This document shows positions 8,647-17,434 of a DNA stretch of 64,000 bases, piece by piece (position 1 is the first letter of the stretch; the number at the start of each line of letters is the position of its first letter). The position numbers were made by a program, and so were the translations under genes. Under the pieces are notes generated by a model. The model was not told the DNA's origin. It saw only the letters and a program-made list of their open reading frames with translations, and ran no database searches. The stretch comes from Deltaproteobacteria bacterium (GTDB taxonomy: Bacteria > Desulfobacterota > Syntrophia > Syntrophales > UBA5619). The stretch spans positions 6,812 to 70,811 of the forward strand of contig JAKAFS010000002.1 in assembly GCA_021817825.1 (NCBI GenBank), in the 5' to 3' direction.

Positions 8647-9897
8647 TTACAGGATCTCCAGCACGGTGGCCAGCGATACGCCGCCGCCGCCGCAGAGGGT
8701 GGCCATCCCCAGGGTCTTGCCCCTTTTTTGCAGCGCGTAGAGCAGCGTGACCATGATCCGGCAGCCGGTGGAACCCACGGGATGGCCGAGGCCCACTCCG
8801 GAGCCGTTCACGTTGACGATCTCGCGATTGAGTCCCAGTTCCCGTTCGCACCCCAGGTATTGGGCGGCAAAAGCTTCGTTGAGTTCGATGAGTTCGAAAT
8901 CGGCCAGGGTCAACCCCGAGCGGGCCAGGAGGTTCCGGACCGCGGGGACCGGACTTAGGCCCATCACCGAAGGGTGGCAGCCGCCGCGGCCCACGGCCTT
9001 GATCCGGGCGAGCGGCTTCAACCCCAGCTCTTTGGCCTTTTCGGCGGCCATGATCAGCATCGCGCTTGCCCCGTCGTTGACCCCCGAGGCGTTGCCCGCC
9101 GTGACCTTGCCGAGCTTCGGAAAAAAGGCGGGGGGCAGCGCGGCGAGATCGGCCGCGGTCAGACCGGGGCGGAAGTGCTCGTCCTTGGCAAAGACGATCG
9201 GCGGCTTGCCGCGCTTCTGGGGAACCTCCACCGGGACGATCTCCGCCGTGAAATCCCCGTCCCGGGTGGCCCGCTCGGCGTTGTTGTGGCTCCTTAAGGC
9301 CACGGCGTCGATCTCCTCCCGGGAAAGGTCGTGCAGCTGCGCGACCAGTTCGGCGGTCACCCCCATGATATAGGGCTTGCCGCGGAAGAGTTCCACGACC
9401 CCCCCTGTCTTGACGGGTCCTTTTTCCAGGCCGGGCAGGAGGTGGGAGCCTGCATGGAGGCCGCGGGTGATGTTGTCCACAAAGACCTGATCCTGAAAGC
9501 GGCAGCCCCAGCGGGCCGAAGGAACGGAATAGGCGACCCCCGACATGTGCTCCATGCCGCCGGCAAGGATGATATCCGCCATGCCGGCCTGGATCATGGC
9601 CATCCCCGAGACGACCGCCTCCATGCCCGAGATGCAGACCCGGTTCACCGTGGCGGCCGTGACGGTATCGGGGATCCCGGCCAAAAGGGCGGCGATGCGG
9701 GTGACGTTCAGGGCATCCTCGGGCTCCAGGCAGCAGCCGAAACGGACGTCGTCGATGAGGGCCGCATCGATTCCGGCCCGGCGCACCGCCTCTTTCATGA
9801 CGATGCTGCCCAGGGCGGCGCAGTTCGATTCGCGCAGGGAACCGCCGAAGGAGCCGATGGCGGTCCGGCAGGCCGATAGGATCACGCAATCTCTCAT
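8647..9897 (-). CDS. thiolase (acetyl-CoA C-acetyl/acyltransferase)
   Basis: NRVCISGMEA (nucleophilic Cys), GNASGVNDGA, NEAFAAQ, GLGHPVGSTGCRI and CGGGG. SD AAGGAGGA precedes the ATG at 9897. Confidence 0.93.
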   Translation of the reverse strand: MRDCVILSACRTAIGSFGGSLRESNCAALGSIVMKEAVRRAGIDAALIDDVRFGCCLEPEDALNVTRIAALLAGIPDTVTAATVNRVCISGMEAVVSGMAMIQAGMADIILAGGMEHMSGVAYSVPSARWGCRFQDQVFVDNITRGLHAGSHLLPGLEKGPVKTGGVVELFRGKPYIMGVTAELVAQLHDLSREEIDAVALRSHNNAERATRDGDFTAEIVPVEVPQKRGKPPIVFAKDEHFRPGLTAADLAALPPAFFPKLGKVTAGNASGVNDGASAMLIMAAEKAKELGLKPLARIKAVGRGGCHPSVMGLSPVPAVRNLLARSGLTLADFELIELNEAFAAQYLGCERELGLNREIVNVNGSGVGLGHPVGSTGCRIMVTLLYALQKRGKTLGMATLCGGGGVSLATVLEIL

Positions 9898-9955
9898 GAG
9901 TTCCTCCTTGGGTGAAGGGTTGGAGCGTCTATCGTCTAGGGGGCGATGCCCGTCG

Positions 9956-11242
9956 TCACCACTTCCGCCGGTCATCGACTTTTTTGGCCCCTTCCGGGAT
10001 CTCTGCGACGAAGACCGCATTTCCCCGCAGCTTGGTGCATTCCCGCAGCCGCTCCTCGAATGCGGACTTGAGGGCCTCGGTCGGGGCGCTGCCGACTTTG
10101 AGCTGGACCTCCAGGGTCATCACATCCTGCAACCCTTCCCGGGTGACGACGACCCGGGCTCTGTCCACCGTTTCGGGGAACCGGGCCATGGCCTCATCGA
10201 CCTGGCGGGGATGGACGAACATCCCCCGGATTTTCGTCACCTCGTCGGTGCGGCCCAGGATCCCTTTGAGGCGGAGCGAGGTCCGGCCGCAGGGGCATTC
10301 GCCCTCCTCGACGGCCGAAAGATCGCCCGTGCCGTAGCGCACCAGCGGATAGCACTCGTTGCTGAAATTAGTGACCACCACCTCGCCGACGCTGCCCGCG
10401 GGCAGGGGCTCCCCGGTCAGCGGATCGCAGATCTCGACGTAGAGGTCGTCGGCGATGTGCATGCCGTTCTGTTCCGGGCACTCGTAGGCCAGGGCGCCCA
10501 ATTCCGCCGTGATGTAGCCCTGGCGGACGAGGATCCCGTGATCGTTGAGCCCCTGTCTTAGGGCCGGCGTCAGGATCTCGCCGCCGACGAAGGCGATCTC
10601 GACGGCGAGGTCGGAGGCAGGATCGCAGCCGAGCTCCTGGAGTTTGGCGATGAGGGTCATGAGGAAAGAGGCGGTACCCAGGTAGCCGTTGATCTTCAAT
10701 TCGACCATGGTCCGGACCTGGATTTCGGTATTTCCCACGCCGGTGGGGATCATGACGCAGCCGATGCCGCTGCACGCCTCGTCTAGGAAGATGCCGGCCG
10801 GCGTCAGATGGTAGGAAAAGGTGTTCATGACCCGGTCCCCGGGCCGGAATCCCGCGTTGTACAGACACTTGCGGAGCCCCCAGTAATCCTCCTTGCGGCC
10901 TTCTGGGTCGTAGAGGGGGCCGGGAGAGACGTAGATCCTTTTTAGCTGCTCCACCGGGACGGCCAAAAAACCGCCGAAGGGCGGGTCCTGTCGGTGACGC
11001 TCGGGCATGGTGTTCTTCTTCAGGACCGGGATCCGGGCGAAATCGGCGATCGTCCGGACGGCGTCGGGCGGGATCCCTTGGGAATCGAGAAAGGCGCGGT
11101 AGCCGGGAGCCCTGGCATAGGCGTACCGAAGCGCCCGGAGCGCCTCTTGGGCCTGGAAAGCGCCCCGCTCGTCCCTGGTCATCCGTTCCGCTTTTTCGTC
11201 GTAATACCCTAGGTTCCGTTCTTCCGCCGTCCGCCTGGCCAT
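9956..11242 (-). CDS. phenylacetate-CoA ligase family (PaaK / coenzyme F390 synthetase-like adenylate-forming enzyme)
   Basis: Length and layout are typical of PaaK-like ligases: ...IPVLKKN...YVSPGPLYDP..., FVGGE, GYITAELG, YGTGDL and KIRGMFVHP. SD AAGGAG precedes the ATG at 11242. Confidence 0.8.
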   Translation of the reverse strand: MARRTAEERNLGYYDEKAERMTRDERGAFQAQEALRALRYAYARAPGYRAFLDSQGIPPDAVRTIADFARIPVLKKNTMPERHRQDPPFGGFLAVPVEQLKRIYVSPGPLYDPEGRKEDYWGLRKCLYNAGFRPGDRVMNTFSYHLTPAGIFLDEACSGIGCVMIPTGVGNTEIQVRTMVELKINGYLGTASFLMTLIAKLQELGCDPASDLAVEIAFVGGEILTPALRQGLNDHGILVRQGYITAELGALAYECPEQNGMHIADDLYVEICDPLTGEPLPAGSVGEVVVTNFSNECYPLVRYGTGDLSAVEEGECPCGRTSLRLKGILGRTDEVTKIRGMFVHPRQVDEAMARFPETVDRARVVVTREGLQDVMTLEVQLKVGSAPTEALKSAFEERLRECTKLRGNAVFVAEIPEGAKKVDDRRKW

Positions 11243-11498
11243 CGGTCATCTCCTTAGGTGTCGCTTGATCTGGGAAAAGAACTTTCCGTGACATGCCTTA
11301 GCACGAAATCCGGTGGTTGGCAATTCCGGGAAGTCCCGTTTCCATAGCCGAAGAAGCATCCCCCGAAATGAGCGTCTTGCCTGGGACAGTGAAGCGCCAT
11401 GGCGGGAACCGGAAAGGGGCGGGCGAGGAAAAGATCTTGACAGAGTAAAATCAAGCTGCAATGCTAATACGCAACAATCCATCGTGAAGGAGAAAACC

Positions 11499-13148
11499 AT
11501 GCCCAATCATCCATCCCGCAAGGCCAAGCTTCCCAAGGGAGCTGCATTGCTGCACGACCCCAATCTGAACAAAGGCAACGCGTTTACAGCCGCCGAACGC
11601 GAAGCGCTGGGACTGCACGGGTTGCTCGCCCCCCGCATCTTCACCCAGGCGCAGCGGGCCGAACACGTCATGCGTAATTTCCGGCGTCAGTCCACGAACC
11701 TGGAAAAGTATCTCTATCTGATCGGCCTGCAGGACCGCAACGAGCAGCTCTTCTATCGCATCCTGATCGACCATATCGAGGAAATCGCCCCGATCGTCTA
11801 CACCCCGACCGTGGGATTGGCATGCCAGGAATACAGCCGCATCTTCACCCGTCCCCGCGGCATGTTCCTCACGAAACACGACCGGGGCCGCATCAAGGAG
11901 GTCCTCAAAAACTGGCCTCACCGGGATGTCCGGGTGATCGTGGTGACCGACGGCGAGCGCATCCTGGGACTGGGGGACCTGGGGGCGAACGGGATGGGCA
12001 TCCCGGTGGGCAAATTGGCCCTCTATACGGCCTGCGCGGGCATCGATCCTGCGGCCTGTCTGCCGATCACCATCGATGTGGGAACGAACAACAAGGAGCT
12101 GTTGGACGATCCCGGCTATATCGGCCTGCCGGAGCCGCGCCTGCGCGGCGAGGAGTACGATGCCCTGATCGACGAGTTCATGGCGGCGGTCAAGAAGCGT
12201 TTTCCCCGCGCCCTGATCCAGCTTGAAGATTTCGGCAACAGCAACGCATTCCGGCTTTTGGAGCGCTATTACGATCGCTACTGCACCTTCGACGATGACA
12301 TCCAGGGAACGGCCGGCGTGGCGCTGGCCGGGCTCTACTCCGCCCTGCGGATGATCGGCGGCGGGATTGGGGAACAGAAGATCGTTTTTCTGGGCGCCGG
12401 AGAAGCGGCGCTGGGGATCGGCGGTCTGGTGGTTTCCGCAATGGGGGAAGAGGGGCTATCAAAGGAAGAAGCCGCCCTGCGTTGCTGGTTCGTGGATTCC
12501 AAAGGGCTGGTGGTCCGCAGCCGGACCGACCTGTCGGAACATAAACGCCGTTTTGCCCATGATTTCCCGCAAAACCGGGATCTTCTGTCGGTGATCGAGA
12601 CGCTCAAGCCGACGGTCCTCATCGGGGCCGCGAGCCAGCCCGGCGCCTTCACTCCCGAGGTCTTAAAGGCGATGGCCCGGCTCAACCGGCGCCCGATCGT
12701 CTTTGCCCTCTCCAATCCGACTTCCCAGGCGGAATGCACTGCCGAAGAGGCCTACCGCTTCACGGACGGTCGGGCCGTCTTCGCCAGCGGCAGTCCCTTT
12801 GCGGCGGTGTCGCTGAACGGCCAAACCTTCGTGCCCGGACAGGCGAACAACAGTTACATCTTCCCCGGCGTCGGCTTGGGCATCGTGGCCGCAGGGGCGA
12901 CCCGGGTGACCGATGAGATGTTCACGGCAGCGGCCAAGGCCCTGGATGCCCAGGTGACGGCCGAAGATTTCGCCCTGGGGCGGATTTTCCCGCCCCTTTC
13001 GCAGATCCGCGAGGTGTCGGCCCGCATCGCCGTGGCGGTCGCCGAGATCGCCTTTGCGCAGGGGCTGACGGCCATGGCCAAACCGGACGATCTGCTCGCC
13101 CATATCCGGGCGACCATGTACGACCCAATTTATGCTTCCTATGTCTGA
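11499..13148 (+). CDS. NAD(P)-dependent malic enzyme (large, eukaryote-like/SfcA type)
   Basis: LHDPNLNKGNAFT, IVYTPTVG, VVTDGERILGLGDLG, FDDDIQGTAGVALAG, GAGEAALGIG and ALSNPT. SD GAAGGAG precedes the ATG at 11499. Confidence 0.95.
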   Translation: MPNHPSRKAKLPKGAALLHDPNLNKGNAFTAAEREALGLHGLLAPRIFTQAQRAEHVMRNFRRQSTNLEKYLYLIGLQDRNEQLFYRILIDHIEEIAPIVYTPTVGLACQEYSRIFTRPRGMFLTKHDRGRIKEVLKNWPHRDVRVIVVTDGERILGLGDLGANGMGIPVGKLALYTACAGIDPAACLPITIDVGTNNKELLDDPGYIGLPEPRLRGEEYDALIDEFMAAVKKRFPRALIQLEDFGNSNAFRLLERYYDRYCTFDDDIQGTAGVALAGLYSALRMIGGGIGEQKIVFLGAGEAALGIGGLVVSAMGEEGLSKEEAALRCWFVDSKGLVVRSRTDLSEHKRRFAHDFPQNRDLLSVIETLKPTVLIGAASQPGAFTPEVLKAMARLNRRPIVFALSNPTSQAECTAEEAYRFTDGRAVFASGSPFAAVSLNGQTFVPGQANNSYIFPGVGLGIVAAGATRVTDEMFTAAAKALDAQVTAEDFALGRIFPPLSQIREVSARIAVAVAEIAFAQGLTAMAKPDDLLAHIRATMYDPIYASYV

Positions 13149-13189
13149 TAAGACGGTTCGCCTGCCGTCCTGACGATTGCCGACGGTTT

Positions 13190-13230
13190 AAAAAGGGGCA
13201 TCCCCGGTTCCCGGAGATGCCCCTTTTTTT
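13190..13230. terminator. bidirectional rho-independent terminator between the convergent malic enzyme and tamB genes
   Basis: AAAAA-GGGGCATC-C-CCGG-TTC-CCGG-A-GATGCCCC-TTTTTTT. The A-run and T-run flank a long GC hairpin. Confidence 0.75.
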
Positions 13231-13255
13231 AGAAGCGATCGAGCGCCGGTGGAAA

Positions 13256-16200
13256 TCAATTGAAGTCGATCCGGTAGTAGAGGTCCACGCCGCTTTCGGT
13301 GCCGGTTTGCGTTTCAATCTGCCATTGCTTGAAGAGGTCGTAGCGGAGGCGGAAGAGGTTGCCGCCGGTGAAAAGCGACCGGCCGTAGCTGAAATAGAGC
13401 CTGGGCGTCAGGTACTTTCCCACGGTGAGCATGGTCTGGGAGACGCTGGCGGCTTGACCAGCCGCCGCAGCCCCCGTCGGGGCGGAAGGAATCTCCTTGT
13501 ATCCCATGCGCCCGGCGGCGCCGGCGCTTCCGGACTGAAATTCCAGAGTGCTGAGCCCCAGCCGGTTCTTGATCTGCTCCTGCAGGAGAGCCGATTTTCC
13601 CTTCGAAAGCAGGACGCCGGCCGCCTGGGCCATCATTCCCGCCTGCTCCTGGCTGCTGCTGTTGCTCATCGGATGGCCGAAAACGATATAGGACAGGATA
13701 TCCACCTCCGGCATGGCGGGCTCGGAGTAGAGCTTGATGATCGGCGACCGCAAAATCCCCCCGGCGGTAATGCCCGCCTTCACGTCGTCGATCGTTCGCA
13801 ACGCCAGGATATCGAGGGTCGGTTGGTTGAGGGGCCCTCCGGAGTAGAAGAGTCGTCCGCGGACGATCTCCAGATCCACGCCGTAGGCCCGGTAGCGCCC
13901 CTTGACCACCTTGATCTCCCCGCGGCTGGCGATCTTGTCGAGGCTTGGGAACTGCAAGTCGATGCCCCCGCCCAACTGGGCGTCAATTCCTTCCAACTTG
14001 GCCTGGACCTTCTCGCCGAGGTTCAGGCGCACCTGGACATCCAGGGCCAGGGGAAAGGTCGGCTCGACCGGTTTCGCTGCCCCCTCGATGACGACGTCGC
14101 TGCTGGGTTGAAGCGCCGCCCGGTTCGGAGGCCCGAAGATGAACATTTCCGGCAGTTGCACCTCGCCGCGGACGGTCAGCTTCTCCGGGGTGCCTGAGAA
14201 GCGGAGGCGCGGCGTCGCCATGATCTGCACTTCCGGGAGGTAAAGGACCTGAAACCGGTCGCCGCCGATGTTTCCCTGGAAGTCCGACACTTGCCAGCCT
14301 TTGAGGCGGACCTGGGCTGTTCCGTCGATGCGGCCGGCGCCCGACGAGGCGCGGAAGGAATCGATAAGGAGCCGGTCCTTTTCCAGGCGCATGGCCCATT
14401 GGATATCCCGAACCTGGATTCCCGCCGTGGGGAGATAGGCGCCCGCCTGGGACAGCTGGGAATTCCCCTCGAAGGTCGGCGCATCCCAGGTCCCCCCGAT
14501 CCGAAATTCGGCAGCCAGCTCTCCGCGGCTTTCCCGGATCAAGCCCGGGAAAAGGGAAGCAAGAAGCCCTTTTTCATGGACCTGGCCGGTCAGTGAGGCC
14601 TGGAGCGGTCCTCGGCGATCGAAGGCGGCAGGAAAACGGGCCGGGAGGGGGAGTTGGAAGGTTCCCCGGCCTTCCCCTTGCTCGGCGAGGGCCAGGGTGA
14701 AAGCGCCGTTGAGCGCCTCTTCCTGCCAATTCCAGGAAAGGGAAGCGGAACGGAGGTTGGCACTGATTTCTCCTGCGGGGCTGAGGCGGCGGATCTTTCC
14801 CCCCGCGAGCGACGCATCGCCTTTCAGCGAGAGGCGCTGTTCCGGAAGCAGATTTCCCTGCATCTGCCCCGCAAGGGTTCCCTCCAGACGAAGGGCGGCG
14901 GGAAGCCAGGGACCGAGGAGGACCATGTCCACTCCCTGCCAGCCGACAGCGAACCTGCCTGCGGCGGGAAGGGCGAGGGAGGCAGGACGGGGTGAGGAAA
15001 AATCGCCCTTCAGGGCGCCCCCGCCGGCAAGGCCCAGGTCGATCCGGGCGGCCATCCCGCTTTGGTTTCCATCGAGGCGAAGCGATCCGGCTTCGACAAC
15101 GATCCGTTGTCCCTCTACGGTCAGCGCCCCTGACCCGGCGATCTGTCCCGTGACGGTGAGCCGTTCGGCGGCAGGAAGCCCTGCATCGGCATCCGCCCCG
15201 CCGGACACCGAATGAGGCCAAGGTCCCTGCCAGTTCAAGGCAAACTCCGTCGTGTGAAGGGCGGCATCGACGGTCACGCCTTCGCGGCGCCAGTGCAGCT
15301 TGCCCTGGGCGAGGGAAAACCGGCCCTCGACGGCGAGCCGCTCCTCGGGAAGGAATTGGCAGGTCAGATGTCCCGAAGAAGTTCCGTTCAACTGAAGGGC
15401 CGCGGGCAGCCACGGTTTTGACCGGGCGGGGTTCAGACCGTTCCAGGCCGTCTGGACGAAACCGGCGAGGGGGTTCAGGGTCAGAGCGCCCGACAGTTCG
15501 AACCGTTCCTGCGACCCGCCGGAAAGAACGAGCGGCGCCAGGGTGACTTTTCGGGAGTCAAAGGAAAGCGCCGCCGGCGCGGCGAGGGTCCAGGGGCCGA
15601 CCGTGTCGCGGCCGGAAAAACGGACGACCTTGCCCTGCCAGCTTCCCCGGCCGTAGCTTCCGGTGAGGGAAAGACGGGCCTCCCTTTGCCGAGCCTTGAG
15701 TTCCATATTGAGGCTGTGTGCGGCGGCGGTCCCGTCCGCGTTCAGGGTGACCGAATCTGCCTGGATGCCGCCATAGGTCGTCTGGCGGAGGGTGGCGCTG
15801 AGGTTCAGCGGGCTATCGGGACCTTCCCCGAAGCGGGCGGTCCATTGGGCGGAGGCGCATTTCCATCCCGCGGCGGCAAGGCGGGTTCCCTGTCCGGTCA
15901 GGACGGCCTCTGTTTGTCCGTTGCGCCGACGCACCCATCCTGCGGCCCCTATTTCCCCGGCCGCTTGGGGAATGAGCCGCCCCAGATCACGGATATCGGC
16001 GGTCAAGGCCAGCCGCTCGCGGAGATTCCCCGTTGCCTTGAGGGAGAATCCCCTTCCTTGCAGGGCGAGGGCGCCGATCCGGACATCGTCGCCCGAAAAG
16101 GCCGCGTCGATGCTGCCCGTCAGGGGCTGACCGTGCAGGACGCTTTCCAGCAGTCGCCCCTTCAACTCGCCCCGGGGCGCTGCCCCTTCGGGCCAGGCCA

Positions 16201-17434
16201 CGGTACCCGCAAGCGCGAAGTTGACTTTGCCGGCCCAGCCGGGAGCGAGTCCGGCCGGATCGAGGCGTTCACCGCGGATCGCCCCGCGGAGGGTGAATTC
16301 CTTTTCCCAGGCCAGCGCCAGGTCGCCCCGGACGGTCCCGGAAAGGAGGGAAAGCTGGAGCGGCGAAAGCCGGAGTCCTTTCCGGCCTCCCCGATAGGTG
16401 CCGGAAAGTCTTGCCTCCTGCCACCCCTTGCCTTTGCTGCTCAACTGAAATTCGCCCTGATACGCGTCGGGCGTTCCCGCCACGGTAAGGGTCCCCGAGA
16501 GGTCGGTGGGGATCTTCAGTTCCGGGGCCAGGTCGATGCCTGCGGCCGTCAGGTGCAGCGCCAGGAGGGGCGCCGCGGCGGTCGGCGTGACCGTTCCCTC
16601 GCCGGCGACCGATCCTCGCCGCCCCAGTTCGGTGAGGCGCAGCTTCCGCAGGCGAAGGGTTTGTTTCGTCAGCGCCGCCTCGCCGGCCAGCTCGAGACGC
16701 CGCAGCGTTCCCTGCGTTCCTAAGAGAGTGAAGTCGCCCGTCAGCTGTTCGCCGCCGATCCCGGGGTGGAAGCGTCCGGTCAGCAAAAGGGTTTCCGGCC
16801 CTCCGATGGTCTTGCCCGGTGCGGCACGCAGTTCGACTTGCAGGGAGGGGAGGGCGAACCCGGCGGCAAGGGTTCCGGTCAGGCGGCCTTCGGGCGCTGC
16901 GGCGTCGAGCGTGGCGACGGACAGAAGGCCCCGGCGCCAAGTGACGGCAGCGGAAAGGGTATTCAGCTGGAAGGGAGGCTCGTTACGCTGTCGGTAGCTG
17001 AGACCCAGAACGTGCAGACGCTCGATCCGGATGCCGAAGAGCGCTGCCATCCCGGAGACGCGGGGCCAGGAGAGGTCGGGCGGACGGTCCCCCGGGGTAT
17101 TGTCCCGGATCCGGACGTTCACCAGCGTCAGTTCCCGGGCCGCCAGGGCGCCGGACAGGAGAGACCAGGGCTGCCAGCGCAAGTTAAGGCGCTCGATCTC
17201 CACCTCGAAGGGGGAAAAGGCCAGGCGGACCTGCTCCAGCTGTAGACGGTCGCGGAGGCTCCCTTCCACCTTCTGCGCCGAAATGGCCACCGGGGTGTAA
17301 CGGGAAATCGTCTTCAGCAAACGGCGGGTCCCTTCGGTGGTGCCGAAGGACCAGGCCAGGACGATGACGGCCGCGGCGAGCAGCGCCGTTGCCAAAAAGG
17401 TGGCGATCAGGCCGTATGTCCTTTTGCGCGTCAC
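13256..17434 (-). CDS. tamB: translocation and assembly module protein TamB (DUF490 family)
   Basis: 1392 aa with an N-terminal signal-anchor and a long beta-rich repetitive body. It has the DUF490 C-terminus (...LTVGKYLTPRLYFSYGRSLFTGGNLFRLRYDLFKQWQIETQTG...). The GTG start at 17434 overlaps the tamA stop (GTGA). Confidence 0.9.
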   Translation of the reverse strand: MTRKRTYGLIATFLATALLAAAVIVLAWSFGTTEGTRRLLKTISRYTPVAISAQKVEGSLRDRLQLEQVRLAFSPFEVEIERLNLRWQPWSLLSGALAARELTLVNVRIRDNTPGDRPPDLSWPRVSGMAALFGIRIERLHVLGLSYRQRNEPPFQLNTLSAAVTWRRGLLSVATLDAAAPEGRLTGTLAAGFALPSLQVELRAAPGKTIGGPETLLLTGRFHPGIGGEQLTGDFTLLGTQGTLRRLELAGEAALTKQTLRLRKLRLTELGRRGSVAGEGTVTPTAAAPLLALHLTAAGIDLAPELKIPTDLSGTLTVAGTPDAYQGEFQLSSKGKGWQEARLSGTYRGGRKGLRLSPLQLSLLSGTVRGDLALAWEKEFTLRGAIRGERLDPAGLAPGWAGKVNFALAGTVAWPEGAAPRGELKGRLLESVLHGQPLTGSIDAAFSGDDVRIGALALQGRGFSLKATGNLRERLALTADIRDLGRLIPQAAGEIGAAGWVRRRNGQTEAVLTGQGTRLAAAGWKCASAQWTARFGEGPDSPLNLSATLRQTTYGGIQADSVTLNADGTAAAHSLNMELKARQREARLSLTGSYGRGSWQGKVVRFSGRDTVGPWTLAAPAALSFDSRKVTLAPLVLSGGSQERFELSGALTLNPLAGFVQTAWNGLNPARSKPWLPAALQLNGTSSGHLTCQFLPEERLAVEGRFSLAQGKLHWRREGVTVDAALHTTEFALNWQGPWPHSVSGGADADAGLPAAERLTVTGQIAGSGALTVEGQRIVVEAGSLRLDGNQSGMAARIDLGLAGGGALKGDFSSPRPASLALPAAGRFAVGWQGVDMVLLGPWLPAALRLEGTLAGQMQGNLLPEQRLSLKGDASLAGGKIRRLSPAGEISANLRSASLSWNWQEEALNGAFTLALAEQGEGRGTFQLPLPARFPAAFDRRGPLQASLTGQVHEKGLLASLFPGLIRESRGELAAEFRIGGTWDAPTFEGNSQLSQAGAYLPTAGIQVRDIQWAMRLEKDRLLIDSFRASSGAGRIDGTAQVRLKGWQVSDFQGNIGGDRFQVLYLPEVQIMATPRLRFSGTPEKLTVRGEVQLPEMFIFGPPNRAALQPSSDVVIEGAAKPVEPTFPLALDVQVRLNLGEKVQAKLEGIDAQLGGGIDLQFPSLDKIASRGEIKVVKGRYRAYGVDLEIVRGRLFYSGGPLNQPTLDILALRTIDDVKAGITAGGILRSPIIKLYSEPAMPEVDILSYIVFGHPMSNSSSQEQAGMMAQAAGVLLSKGKSALLQEQIKNRLGLSTLEFQSGSAGAAGRMGYKEIPSAPTGAAAAGQAASVSQTMLTVGKYLTPRLYFSYGRSLFTGGNLFRLRYDLFKQWQIETQTGTESGVDLYYRIDFN

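Noticed and set aside
8615-9889. 424-aa Arg/Pro/Gly-rich ORF, with similar ones at 38831..40009, 14574..15413 and 16269..16940
   Set aside because: These are off-frame readings of the thiolase, pyrC and tamB genes. The extreme R/P/G composition is typical of wrong-frame translation of high-GC coding DNA.
11243-11498. Sigma54 promoter or riboswitch in the PaaK-like / malic enzyme divergent region
   Set aside because: TGGCA at about 11325 is not followed by TTGC at the required spacing. A TTGACA at 11437 has only a poor -10 at 17 nt. Nothing is convincing enough to annotate.
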